The position numbers and the translations under genes were made by a program. A stretch of 64,000 nucleotides of DNA from Rhodosorus marinus CCMP1338. Lineage: Eukaryota > Plantae > Rhodophyta. The stretch is from positions 1,984,001 through 2,048,000 of the forward strand of contig JAMWBK010000008.1 in the NCBI GenBank assembly GCA_029953675.1, given 5' to 3'. This document shows, piece by piece, positions 30,529 through 42,276 of the stretch. How positions within the stretch are numbered: position 1 is the stretch's first letter; every line of letters starts with the position of its first letter. A model generated the notes under the pieces. The model saw only the letters and a program-made list of their open reading frames with translations. It had not been told where the DNA came from and searched no databases.

Positions 30529-33500
30529 CGTGTGGGTGTCCGGTGCTAGTTTTCGGGTTTTGCGTGACGAGTGGGTTCTTCGGTGCCAGGCGCTTCTCTC
30601 TGCTGCCTTTCCCCCCGTTTTTTCGGGTTTTGTGGTTGGTAGTCGGGTCATTCACCTTCTGGTTGTTGGGTCGGGGATTTTTCTCCTGCGGAGTTGGGTG
30701 GCGTGTGTTTTCGGCGGGGGAATTGGTGGTTAGAGTATCGTCAATAGATTCTCTCGTGATGGTAGGGGGTTTCTTCGCGCCATGCTCCTTCGGGAGCGGA
30801 GCTCCCTGGCAACGAGGTGTCTTTGGGAGTTGGGCACCGGGTATGTCTAAGTTCGGGCCCCTTCTCTACGCAGGTGGAACTGCAGGGCGCCACTGGTATG
30901 GAGGTGTCAGCCCTCATGTCAGCCATCACCAGCCTGATCACCGCGGCGGGGGACAAGAGCGTCCTGCCCCAGCTGACCCAACGCCTTGGTTTGCTGGAAT
31001 CCAGCCTCCTGGCGCCTGCTCTAAAACTTGACACGGTGGCCACGGTGGCTACACGGCCCCCAGGCAGTCAAAATCAAGGTCATTCTGCGACTGTCCCCGA
31101 ACAGGCGCGGGCTGCTGAGCCCGCTATTGGTGGTCCCTCGACTGGCGCTTCTTCGGGGAGGGGTGCAGCTATCTCCACTCCTTTGCACGTCCCCCCAGCG
31201 GGAGCGGACTTTCCTGTGCTGGGCCAGCCCTCAGGTGGAGGACAGCTCCAGGCCAAGGCGGGGACACGTGGTGGCCCTAAGAGGGGCCCGTCGTACGCCT
31301 TGATTTTATGGAAGGGTACCACAGCCGCGCGTACGGCGGTTATGCTAAAATTTTTGCCCTCTCGCGAGTAGCAGGACGGACCTGATGAGACTACTTTGCA
31401 ATTCCTTTGGGTACGCAACGTTCGGCCAGAGCCTACACGGGGCAAGGTCCCATCCATGCGTGATTTCCATAATACTTTTGCGGAATCCTTGGGCTGTTGC
31501 CGAGACGTCTTTTTGCGAGCTACGAGGGCCGAGATGTTCCGTTCATGGTCACTGCAACAACGGCCACGTACCTGCAGGCCCTACTGGCCAAGCCTACCGA
31601 GCAATGGCCTGCGAGCGCCCGCTGGTTGCGGCCTCATCCCCAGGTCGTTCTGCACTTTGACTTTGACCGTTTCTCGGGCACTTTCCTGTCTCCCGGAGAA
31701 ACGGAAGGACCCTCTCAGCACGAAACCAGCGTAAAAACCGCAGTCATCCATTGGCTACGCCTTCACCGCTTTGAGCTTTTTGGAGCGTTTCGCGTCGCGG
31801 CCGCGCCACCTGCGTGCAGCCGTCTCTACCCTTTTCGACCGGGAGAGGCGCCTTGTGCTGAGCTCGAGTCACACGGCGGAGTTACAGAGGTTGAGGGTAT
31901 TAGAGGGCTCTGCTACCAACACCACTTGCAGTGAGAGTGGTGAGGAAGGGGAGCAGAATGAGAGCATGTCGGTGGAGAACGCCCCTATTACTTTGTTGAA
32001 GCCCGAGGGAGCTATCCCGCGAGCCTCGCGGAGTGGGCGGCTGACCACTCTGGCGAGGTTAGGCGGAAAACGTGCGAGGACCGACTCCCCGGGGTCTAAG
32101 GGGGAGGAGCACGATTAGCTCCCCGGGTACGGCTGCGAGGTTGCAGCCGATGGATTTGCGGTCTTATCTCGTGAAGGAGGGCGGAGACTGGGGCGTTTGG
32201 CGTACGCGTTTACGAAGTTGGCTCCGGCGTTGGATCTCTTTGGAAGGAGGCTTGCTTTCCCTCCGTGGCAGAATTCCGCCTGTCGTCCTACCTCGCGGCG
32301 AGCTCTTATTGGCTGGGACCATCCTGGACTTTATCTTCACGAGCCTGGCGAGTAACCTTCAGGACACCGTCATGTGGGAATTTCTGGGGTCAGGCCGCGC
32401 CCGATTCTGGCCCCAACTCACACGCCGAAGCGCAGATGGCGTGTCCGAGATCGGCTTGCCATGTTCTTGAAAGGGGAATTAGAGGGAGGTGTTGCAGCAA
32501 AGCTACTTAGCGTCCTTGAAACCATCCGTTTGTCGGACCCGGACTGGAACCGTCTCGCCCCTGACGGCTCGAGTACAGAAATTGGTCGCGGTGGGCAACT
32601 TGAGTCGAGCGGCGCGAGTTCTGGAGGTCCAGGTGCCTGTACTCCCCTACGAAGAAAGTCTCGCCCAGACGGTGTCATCTTTGTTCCCCTCGTCCGACGT
32701 GGACCTGCTACCCGAAGTCGAGGCCTTCTTGGACCATCCGGAGTTGGCACGGTTTCAAATCGACCTGAGTCTCAACGAGTCTGATCTGGAAGATTTGCTT
32801 CGTACCTCGCGTCGTGGACGCTGACCCTCAGGGCTTCGAACTGAATTATTGCAGGCCTTGGGCAAGCTTGGCCCGAGCGCTGAAGATCCTGAACAAACTG
32901 TTCCAGGGCACATCGGGTGCGTCTGCCCCATGGGAACATCGCTGAAGGGCACAACTTTGCTTGCTCACGAACCCTGGCCATCAGCCGGCCCACCCACGTC
33001 TCCGTCCGATCGGTATGGTCGAGAGTCTATGGAAGCTAGCCGGAAGGTGGCTATGCCAGCGCCTTCGCCAGCGGGTCACAGCTTTTATGGTACCCTTGCA
33101 AGTGGGGGTGGGATTTCGGGGGGTTGCGAATTGATCACCTATGGGATCGAGCTGCAGCGTGCCTGTAGGCCGGACCGGGGAGTTTTTGTGGTTGATTTTC
33201 GAAACGCATTCAACAGCGTCTCGCAAACGCATGCGTTGGAGGTGATCCGACGGGGTTTTCCGGAAGCGTGGCCCTTCTTCTCTGGTCTTTCCGGAAGCGG
33301 GAGCCTCCCCTACTGGACCAGGGAGGGCACTGTTTTCCAAGCACATACTGAAGTCCAACAAGGCGATCCTTGTGGGCCTCTACTGCATGCCTGTGCCTTG
33401 CAGCTCGTTCTCCTGCGTCTCGCGACTGAAGTGCCGGCTCTTCGTACTACGCCTATCACGACGACGTGATCTTGCTGGTCGCCCCTGAAACCCTGGCTCG

Positions 33501-35232
33501 GGAGTTGACCCAGATCGAAGGGATTGCACGTAGAGTCGGTCTCACGGCGGAACCCGAAAAGTGTCGTTTTCTCGCTCCAAGTGAAGTTTCGATGGCATCT
33601 CTGTCATCTAATCTACGAACCATTGGCGATTGTGAAAGGTTGGAGCACCACGGCGTCGGTTTCGGGAGCAACAACTTCGCCCAAGCCTCTTGCGAACGTG
33701 TTTTGACTCGGCACAAGCAGCTCACTGACGCCATTGAGCGCCTTCGGCCTGCTTGCTTTCCCGCGTTCGTGCCGGTCTTCGACTCAACTACTGGTTGCGT
33801 AGCCTACCACCCGACTGGGGTTCGTGGATCGCCGCCAAGGCCGACGAGATGAGGCTGAACCACTGGGGCACGCTCTTGGATGAACCCCTCGATCTTGAAG
33901 CGGTTCCCGACAGGGACTTAATCCGTGCCCAGCTCGCTCTACCGTTGCGCTTAGGGGGATTTGGTGTCGCAGATCGGAGACTCGTCTGCTCGCCTGCGGC
34001 GGTCGCCTCCTGGTCAACCGCGCTCCGTACCTTGGTGATTTTACCGATACAAAGTGCCTGCCTTTTGGCTCGAGCACTGACTAGCGAGGACCCAGTGACC
34101 CTTTCGCCCCAGCTTTTGACGATCTATGATGGTCTACAACAGGCGTTCCGGAAGTGCAACGCCGTGCCGGACGAGAATCGATCCCGTTTTCGGTCCTGGC
34201 GGGAACTGCTATGGGGACGAACGGAGGCAATTGAGGACTCACCCATTGACAGAGTTATTGCCGATGAGGGAGAAGTTAGCTCCGGGTCACCTGTTGCAGA
34301 TTACCAAGGTCTGAGCCGATTGTGGAGCTCCCGAACTGATGGGATTCAACGTAGCTTCACCTGGGGCCAACACAGTGCCGCTCATGCATTCTTGCTAAAC
34401 TCTCCCCTCACACGGCCTACCACCGCCGCTCGCCTTCGCGGCATGGGAGGCCATCTCTCGCACCTGTGGCTAACCACTCTGCCTTCGTTGCCAGGTCACC
34501 GGTCTCAATGCCTTCCAGTTCCGCTCCGCCGCACGGATCTACTTAGGCTTGCCACAAGCCCCGTGGCACTCTAATCGGCCGTTTTTCTGTCAGGGATGTG
34601 AGAGCCGGATTGACGCTTGTAGCTACCACTTGTTGGGTTCATGCGGACTGTTGCGAGGTCTCCACATGAGGCGCCACACTCGTATCAAGTACATCCTAAG
34701 CGAATGTTTAACTCGGGTAGGGCATACGGTTGAAGTGGAGTCGGAGCTACCCAGATCGGTCTCGGACACTGGGCCGGCCCGCTGTATCGCAGATATTCTT
34801 GTATCAGACCCTGGCGCCCGACGCTCATCATACGTTGACCTCGCGATTACATGCCCTGTGGCGAGCGCCCACCTCACGGCTGCCGCTCGCCGCCGAGGGG
34901 CAGCCGCTTCGGCTCTTCGAAGAGTGAAGGAACGACGGTATGCTGAGAGCATGCCCAGTCTGCCCTACGCCGAGGGTCGCTCCCACCGGTTCCAGCCTTT
35001 CATTGTGGAAAACTTTGGTCACGTGGATAAGTCGGGTTTAGAGTGGTTGCGGAAATGTTCGCTGAGCATCCTACTGAGAATTTGGCGCTTTTACGGCGTT
35101 TGAGTGCCGCCCTGTGGCGATATTCTAGCAGCATGCTTGCCGACGCGCGCCATCGGCGCCTGGGTTTACACGCGTCTCTCCCTAGTTCTTAGTTCCTTTT
35201 CACGCCTTGCGTAGCGCTTCAAACTATGCTAA
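30529..35232 (+). mobile_element. Full-length but decayed lineage A element
   Basis: The 5' end CGTG.GGGTGTCCGGTGCTAG is shared with copies at ~43017 and ~55568. ORF1 ~30817-32118, ORF2 32150-35192 (RT, CQGC...HLLGSC, RLE), 3' UTR. Multiple frameshifts and stops. Confidence 0.92.
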
Positions 35233-35440
35233 TTTAAGTGTCTCCCTTTGGCGATATTCCAGCCACATGCTTTCCGAGGCGCGCCATCGGCGCCTGGGGT
35301 TGCATGTTTCCCTCCCTAGTTATTAGTTCATCTTCACGCCTTGCGTAGCGCTTCAGGCTATGCTAGTAAAGTCCAATAAAGCCCTGTAAAGCCCATTAAA
35401 GCCCAGTAAAGCCCAGTAAAGCCCAGTAAAGCCAGTAAAA
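35233..35440 (+). mobile_element. Short A 3' end with long (CCCAGTAAAG)n tail
   Basis: About 135 nt of A 3' end, then TAGTAAAGTCCAATAAAGCCCTGTAAAGCCCATTAAAGCCCAGTAAAGCCCAGTAAAGCCCAGTAAAG. Confidence 0.9.
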
Positions 35441-35489
35441 ACATACCGCCGCGCACCACCAGGATTCATTGCTCGCCCTCCTCTACTTA

Positions 35490-36250
35490 GACCCAACATA
35501 GGGCAGGATTGACGGCTGCGGGTAACACTTTCTTGGATCATGCGGACTGTTGAAAGATCTCCGCACGAGGCGTCACACTCGGCTCAAGTACATACTTAGC
35601 GATTGTTTGACCAAGATAGGCCACACGGCGTGTGTGTATTCGGAACTGCCTGTACAGCCTCGGGCACGGCGCCTCCCCGTTGCATCGCAGATCTCCTGGT
35701 TTCGGACACCGCGTCAGATGCTTGGCATATGTGGACCTTGCGGTCACATGTCCTGTAGCAAGCGCCAATCTCGGTCCCGCCGACCGCCGCCGGGGGGCAG
35801 TCCCCTCGGTCCTTCGCCGAGTGAAGGAGCGCCGATACGCTGAGATCACGGCTAGTCTCCCCTCCCCCGAGGGTCGTTCTCACATGTTCCAGTCATTCAT
35901 CAAAAAAAACTTTTGGCCGCTCGGAGAAGTCGGGATTGGAATGGCTGAGGAAATGCTTTACTGACCATCGTGTAGAATACATTTTATCGCTTTGCGTAGC
36001 GTTTCAGGCTATGCTGGTAAAGCCCAGTAAAGCTAGTAAAGCCCAGTAAAGCTAGTAAAGCCCAGCAAAGCCAGTTGAATACTCAGTGAAGTCCAGTAGA
36101 AGCTTGGAACTCTTACGCCGTTTCAATGTCCCTCTTTGGTGATACTCTAACAGCATGGTTGCCGAAGTGCCCATCGCCGCCTGGGCTTGCACGCGCTTCG
36201 CTCCGTAGTTCTTAGTTTTCGTTTCACGCTTTGCGTAGCGCTTCGGGCTG
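35490..36250 (+). mobile_element. Older A-like RLE fragments with tail repeats
   Basis: RTRRHTRLKYILSDCL and AYVDLAVTCPVAS...KERRY. Tail repeats at ~36017-36105 and another 3' stub at 36115-36250. Confidence 0.8.
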
Positions 36251-36445
36251 TTAGAACGTCCAGTCCATTTAAAAAATAACTAGGGGAAAGATCCACCGAT
36301 CAGTTGTGTCTTTGTCGATCGCGTGTTGCGCTAGCCGTGCATTCTGTTGCGATAATATCCGGTTCAATTGACCGCTATATTTGGAGTCTACCGTCCCAGC
36401 AGGAAAACTAAACTCGGACACAGTCCATTCTCGTCCTTATGCTTC

Positions 36446-37435
36446 TCAAGAGGTCTCAAAGCCTTTCAGAATGTCGCTTTCGTCAAAGTCACCCACGTAC
36501 TCGTCGTTCCCCCGTCCCCCGTAGAACTTGTCGGGTACTCCGTCCCCGTAATAGGAGCTCAGCTCGTCGTCGCCTTTTCCGAGGTAGGCTATGTCCTCCC
36601 CAGAGTTTGTTCCCGTAAACACTGTATCATTGCCATCCTTCAGGAACAAGGTGTTTTTCCCAGAGTTATCGAATTGACCTACACTTTCAGGTCCCGACGA
36701 CCCGATGACGACGTTGTCACCACCGTAAAGTCTAATGTTGGACGGATAATCTGTATCAACGGGAAGGATGATCACGTCGTTGGAATCCGTCCCATACCAC
36801 AGTTTAGTCGAATAACCTGGCAATTCAGAGATTGGTTGGTCAATCAGATTGGGGCAGTCAATAGAGTACGGACACCCCTCTTCAGAATTACAAGCGTCGT
36901 CCTCGGTTGTTACTTTAGCACTGGCGCCTGCAATTTCGAGGACCGCCTCAAAAACCAGGCACTGTTTTGTTTCGCAGCACGTTTCGGTCGCAGGAATGTC
37001 GTCAAAGCAGATACTAATCGACCTGATATTCCCTCCTCTACCGCCCGGCTTCGTAATACTCCTCCTCCTTTGAAATCTGTACTTGTTGTCGATTGGGATG
37101 TTGTTGCAATCTGGGTGGATACCTACCCTCATCTTCTTGATTATACCTGGGTTAACATGCCTCAATGTTAACCTGACGCAGCCCGTCGGAAGTTGGTCCT
37201 TGGGGTTCTGATTCCGTACGCACAGCTTGGGGGTCTTCCCGTCCAGCTCTCCAAGCGTCAGCTTCCTGCAATAAGACTCACCCCAGAGAACCCTCGTTTC
37301 AACCCTACTAGGAGCTCCGTTTGGCAGAATGCCCGATGGGTCAGGAAGAGCAAAACTTGCGCATGTATCGTCGATGGTATCTCCCCACACCAAATGCAAA
37401 ATGCCCACTAAAACCACTACCCACCTCCAGCTCAT
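36446..37435 (-). CDS. Secreted Cys-rich protein with C-terminal RTX/hemolysin-type Ca-binding-like repeats, 329 aa
   Basis: Signal-like MSWRWVVVLVGILHLVWG, a Cys-rich N-domain, and repeats LKDGNDTV, LGKGDDEL and YGGRGNDEY. The ORF is intact. Confidence 0.78.
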   Translation of the reverse strand: MSWRWVVVLVGILHLVWGDTIDDTCASFALPDPSGILPNGAPSRVETRVLWGESYCRKLTLGELDGKTPKLCVRNQNPKDQLPTGCVRLTLRHVNPGIIKKMRVGIHPDCNNIPIDNKYRFQRRRSITKPGGRGGNIRSISICFDDIPATETCCETKQCLVFEAVLEIAGASAKVTTEDDACNSEEGCPYSIDCPNLIDQPISELPGYSTKLWYGTDSNDVIILPVDTDYPSNIRLYGGDNVVIGSSGPESVGQFDNSGKNTLFLKDGNDTVFTGTNSGEDIAYLGKGDDELSSYYGDGVPDKFYGGRGNDEYVGDFDESDILKGFETS

Positions 37436-38636
37436 CGTTACAGTAATAAAACTCCCCTCTCCTGAAAACCAAAGCCAAGCTTTCCAAGAAAAGCAAAAAC
37501 AACTTAGACAACCACTCTCCTAGCGTGTCTTGAAGAAGCAAATCTAGCACCAGCACCAACGCCTAGCGCCATCGACAAAACCGACCCCGACTACCTACGA
37601 GCTCCCTGCTCAGGTCCTCAGAGCGAAACGCATAGTCGACGATAGACAGTGGTTGGTACACATATATAATAATGCTCACCCCAGACCTGCAGTATGAGGG
37701 GGGAAAGAACGAAGTCCCCAGCGTAGTCCCTAGCCTCGGTTTTCAACGGCTTTGCTTTAGGTAAATGGATACTGCAGGGGAAAACATTCCATCCGCATCT
37801 CATGTCGCTCTCCCCCCACCCCAGACTGATATTCAATTTTGTCCTGCGAAGCGCCTAACGGCCATGATGCAATGATACTCCCCCCTTATAAACCGTTTGT
37901 CTCCAATCGTTGCTTGCCGGTTTAGGTTTCTAGCTGTAGAGTATGCATTTGGATGCTGGAGGCGGGATCTTCGTTGTGCTTTGCTTAGCCTGCTTTTTCC
38001 GCTCACATGTCTTTGTTTCAGTCCCCGAGGAGACTGAAAATCCATTTCATTTGTTCTTGGAACAAAAAAAAAACGCCGACGACGGCAAAAAGCCGTTGGC
38101 GCAAAAAAGCCCGTTGGCGCAAAAAAAGCCGTTGCAAGCAAATCTTCGGTTATGATGGGTATCCCACGGGGGTACGTTTTTTCTTTTTCGAAGGATGTCT
38201 TGGAGGCTACGTTAGTCTGAAACGGCACCGTCAGACACGATGGCATTCACCTCTACTCGATTCCCATTGGCACAAGGAGCTACATGCAAGCATGTAGCCA
38301 CCCGCCACACATGCGGAGCACTAAGCGGAGGATACAACGCGAGCAGGAGAAGCTTGTGCACGAAATAATACGATAGAGTTGAGAAGTCCGAAAGGGCTTT
38401 CTTCGACACATCCTTCCCCTCGGGCGTTTTTTTCTTTTAGCTGCCGATTAAATCATTCATTCAAATAATACGCCTGCCGACCTCTAAGCTCCAAACTAAA
38501 CTGAGCCTCTTCAGCTACTGCGGACCTGACTACTTCCTTCGCACCTTGGCACTGCCATATGGGGCGAGTCTCGCAGGAGACGCAGACCGTACCTCAGCAA
38601 TCGAACTCGACAAACTTCGCGGCTCGCTACTACCTT

Positions 38637-38912
38637 TGGTCACACGTGGATAAGTCGGGTTTAGAGTGGTTGCGGAAATGTTTTGCTGAGCATCCTAACT
38701 GAATATTTGGCGCTCTTGAGGCGTTTAAGTGTCTCCCTTTGGCGATATTCCAGCGACATGCTTTCCGAGGCGCGCCATCGGCGCCTGGGGTTGCATGCTT
38801 CCCTCCCTAGTTATTAGTTCATCTTCACGCCTTGCGTAGCGCTTCAGGCTATTCATCTTCACGCCTTGCGTAGCGCTTCAGGCTATGCTAGTAAAGTCCA
38901 GTAAAGTCCACT
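38637..38912 (+). mobile_element. A 3' end with duplicated terminal stem-loop
   Basis: TTCATCTTCACGCCTTGCGTAGCGCTTCAGGCTA occurs twice, then TGCTAGTAAAGTCCAGTAAAGTCC. A B-like 3' UTR stub lies just upstream at ~38410-38462. Confidence 0.88.
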
Positions 38913-38949
38913 GGAAGGCCAAGGGCTCTCAGCAGCGGAAAAAGACGCG

Positions 38950-40100
38950 GCTCAGGCGCAGATACAACTGTCATGCCGATGGGGCGAAGCGGGCCTCGCA
39001 ATGTGAGCCAGGATACAACCCTCGCATTCTACAGTAGCTGGCGACAATCACTTGCACTGAACCAGACATTCTCTATCTATTCTCTATCTACTTGGACGAG
39101 CTCCTCCACTCCTGCGCGACAACGAACCTATCTGCATACGATGGCCGCAGACCGCTGTTGCATTCGACTGAACACCTCCGTGAACAGCTAGTTGCAGCTA
39201 GTGTGCAGAGTAAACAGAGCCTCGCACGAGGAACACCAGCACCCGTAGTGCGCATGACGGCGTGGCAGTCGGTAGCCACGTCCGCGGTAGGAGGAAACGC
39301 GCCTTCTCAGGTTTGGTCTGGGGTGCCTGGGGTTTTCGCAATCAAGTCAACTCCTGCTCGCCACTGACCTCGCGCCGAAGACCCCTGCCACCTGGAGAAT
39401 CCTAACCACGCTCTTTCCAGAGTACGAAGTAATCACGCCCTCCGCCGAGCTCGAGGAAGCCTTGGAAGAGAAGCTGCTGCGGCGTGCCCGGCACGCCTGG
39501 GTTCCTACCCTGGCCTCAGACGAGAGTGTACTGTCAGCCATCGAACATCTACCTTACGCCGCAACCCCTGGGCCAAGCGGCCTCCGAGCCGAGCACCTGC
39601 GATGCCTATCTATGACAACCCAACCGGCGCTTCTTCGCTTTCTTCGCAAGCTCGCCACTTCTCCGCAGAGCCTGCCCACCATCTTGTTCGAGGCGATGCG
39701 CAGCAACCGCATCGTCGGGAAAGATAAACGAACTGCACAAGCCGTAGAAGAAGGAGAGCCACTTAGCCTGCGCCCGTTCGGTACTCCAGAGGTGCTGAGG
39801 AAACTGGTGACGCAATGGACCCTCCGCGCGGTCGCTCAGCCTCTTCGCGACTTCCTACTGCCTGAGCAATTAGGAATTTCGGTGAGCGGAGGCTGTGAAC
39901 ATGCCCTGCCCGTTGTAGAAGCTCATCTTGGAGCGCGACCGGACGCTGTCATCCTGAAGATGGATCTGAAGAACGCGTTTAACGTAATTGATCGGCGAAT
40001 TGCCAACCGCATCATTGAACAGGCCTTCCCGGAACTCAGACCTCTCATGACGCTGAGCTACGGACTCCGCGGGGAGAGTGCACCTCATCAATTCGGCTAG
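38950..40100 (+). mobile_element. pol: Lineage C RLE retrotransposon, RT N-half
   Basis: PGPSGLRAEHL, LRPFGTPEVLRKLVTQW, QLGISVSGGCE and KMDLKNAFNVIDR. Truncated by the following A copy. Confidence 0.85.
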
Positions 40101-40140
40101 TACGACCACACCACCGACGACTGGCTCATCCTTCGGGTTT

Positions 40141-41325
40141 AGACTGGGCTTTTCTGGCATAGCCTGAAACGCTACGCGAGGCGTGAAAGGAACTAAGAAC
40201 TAGGGAGGGAAGCGTGCAAACCCAGGTGCCGATGGCGCGCCTCGGCAAGCATACTGCTAGAATATCGCCACAGGGCGGCATTCAAATGCCGTAAAAGCGC
40301 CAAATACTCAGTAGGATGCTCAGCGAAACATTTCCGCCACCACTCCATGCCCGACTTATCCATACGGCCAAAGTTTTCCCAAATGAAAGGCTGGAACCGG
40401 TGGGAACGACCCTCGGCGTATGGCAGGCTGGCCATGCTCTCAGCATACCGTCGTTCCTTCACGCTTCGAAGAGCCGAAGCGGCTGCCCCTCGGCGGCGAG
40501 CGGCTGCAGTGAGGTGGGCGCTCGCCACAGGGCATGTAATCGCGAGGTCAACATATGCTGAGCGTCGGGCGGCAGGGTCCGATACAAGAAGATCTGCGAT
40601 ACAGCGGGGTGGCTCAGTGCCCGAGGCCGATCTGGGTAGTTCCGATTCCACCTCAACCGTATACCCGACCCGAGTTAAACATTCGCTTAGGATGTACTTG
40701 AGACGAGTGTGGCGCCTCATACGGAGACCTCGCAACAGTCCGCATGAACCCAACAAGTGGTAGCCACAAGCGTCAATCCGGCTCTCACATCCCTGACAGA
40801 AAGACGGCCCATTAGAGTGCCACAGGGCTTGTGGCAAACCGAAGTAGATCCGTGCGGCGGAGCGGAACTGGAAGGCATCGAGACCGGTGACCTGGCAACG
40901 AAGTCAGAGTGGTTAGCCACAGGTGCGAGAGATGGCCTCCCATGCCGCGAAGGCGAGCGGCGGTGGTAGGCCGTGTGAGGAGAGAGTTTAGCAAGAATGC
41001 ATGAGCGGCACTGTGTTGGCCCCAGGTGAAGCTACGTTGAATCCCATCAGTGCGGGAGCTCCACAATCGGCTCAGACCTTGGTAATCTGCAACAGGTGAC
41101 CCGGAGCTAACTTCTCCCTCATCGGCAAGAACTCTGTCAAGGGGTGAGTCCTCAATTGCCTCCGTTCGTCCCCATAGCAGTTCCCGCCAGGACCGAAAAC
41201 GGGATCGATTCTCGTCCGGCACGGCGTTGCTCTTCCGGAACGCCTGTTGTAGACCATCATAGATCGTCAAAAGCTGGGGCGGAACGGTCACTGGGTCCTC
41301 GCTAGTCAGTGCTCGAGCCAAAGGC
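40141..41325 (-). mobile_element. Lineage A 3' part (thumb-CCHC-RLE)
   Basis: ORF 40193..40837 contains CQGCESRIDACGYHLLGSC and ADLLVSD...YVDLAIT. The 3' UTR is present. Confidence 0.92.
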
Positions 41326-41399
41326 AGGTATTTTGTATCGGTAAAATCACCAAGGTACGGAGCGCGGTTGCCCAGGAGGTAAACCTTCGGTTTCAACTC

Positions 41400-41650
41400 A
41401 TTGCCTGGAAGCTTTGATAGTTGAGTGCGTTGGGTTATGGACTCCGTCTGTTTCCGTTGACTTCGCAGGATTGCTCCACGAGCACCGCGACTCGCTTTCC
41501 ACGTTAACGTGTCTGGGTTTCCTGTTGCGGCGTATGAACACTGCCTGGATCCTGGATGCACGTGACCTATGCCTTCCGCGAAGCCTTCGGTAGTCCTTGT
41601 TTCCCCTCGAATTTTTCTTTTTCAGTCTCAGAATAAACACGTATATTCAT
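41400..41650 (+). mobile_element. Decayed B-like 3' end
   Basis: LIVECVG..., RRMNTAWILDARD and a TTTCCCCTCG...CAGTCTC 3' UTR. Confidence 0.65.
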
Positions 41651-41804
41651 ACGCCTTCCGCTGGCGCTAGTCTGGGGTTTGTTAGCCTAGGGTTAGGTCC
41701 GGAAGTTCAAACGGATAAAAACCGAGGAGACCCGGTCAAGGACCATTTCCTAATGCATGTATCTTAGGTTTGAAAACCCCACAAAGCGTGCTAGCGATGC
41801 GCAG

Positions 41805-41967
41805 TAAGTGTCTCCCTTTGGCGATATTCCAGCCACATGCTTTCCGAGGCGCGCCATCGGCGCCTGGGGTTGCATGCTTCCCTCCCTACTTATTAGTTCA
41901 TCTTCACGCCTTGCGTAGCGCTTCAGGCTATGCTAGTAAAGTCCAGTCCAGTAAAGTCCAGTCCAGT
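41805..41967 (+). mobile_element. Short A 3' end with tail
   Basis: TAAGTGTCTCCCTTTGG...GCTATGCTAGTAAAGTCCAGTCCAGTAAAGTCCAGTCCAGT. Confidence 0.9.
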
Positions 41968-42276
41968 AGTACGTATCTACTGAAAAAAGGTTTTCTGCTG
42001 GAGGGACAAAGTAGTGCTAATGGTGCGCTATTGTTGGTAGCCTCTAAATAAAGGGTTGAGCAGATCTGCTCAATTGAATGCATTAAACACGAGCTGTCAG
42101 CCGTTGCAACACAGAGCAAAGAGGGACTAACCCACCTCTAAGCTCAGTTATAAAGCTACCAGCAAACAGTGGTTAGCGGAGAAAAGCTCGGAAATTCTCT
42201 CTGCCCTTCGCGCTGAAATCTGCCCTGAAGATGGCACTGAAAAAGGAAGTGGCCATAATATGCCCGTTTTCATGTG

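Noticed and set aside
30529-30605. HDV-like ribozyme at the A 5' end (GGGTGTC/GGCGCTT P1 with a TCTTCGGT L3-like loop)
   Set aside because: P3 pairs in only one of three copies (GCC vs GGG), and there is no GG after P1' for P1.1 and no J4/2-P2. An in vitro cleavage test would settle it.
36368-37171. 267-aa plus-strand ORF
   Set aside because: It is the antisense shadow of the 329-aa secreted protein. The same applies to the many short ORFs opposite the GSDH gene and the RT genes.
38086-38137. Three ~18-bp AAAAAGCCGTTGGCGC repeats
   Set aside because: A small local slippage repeat with no wider pattern.
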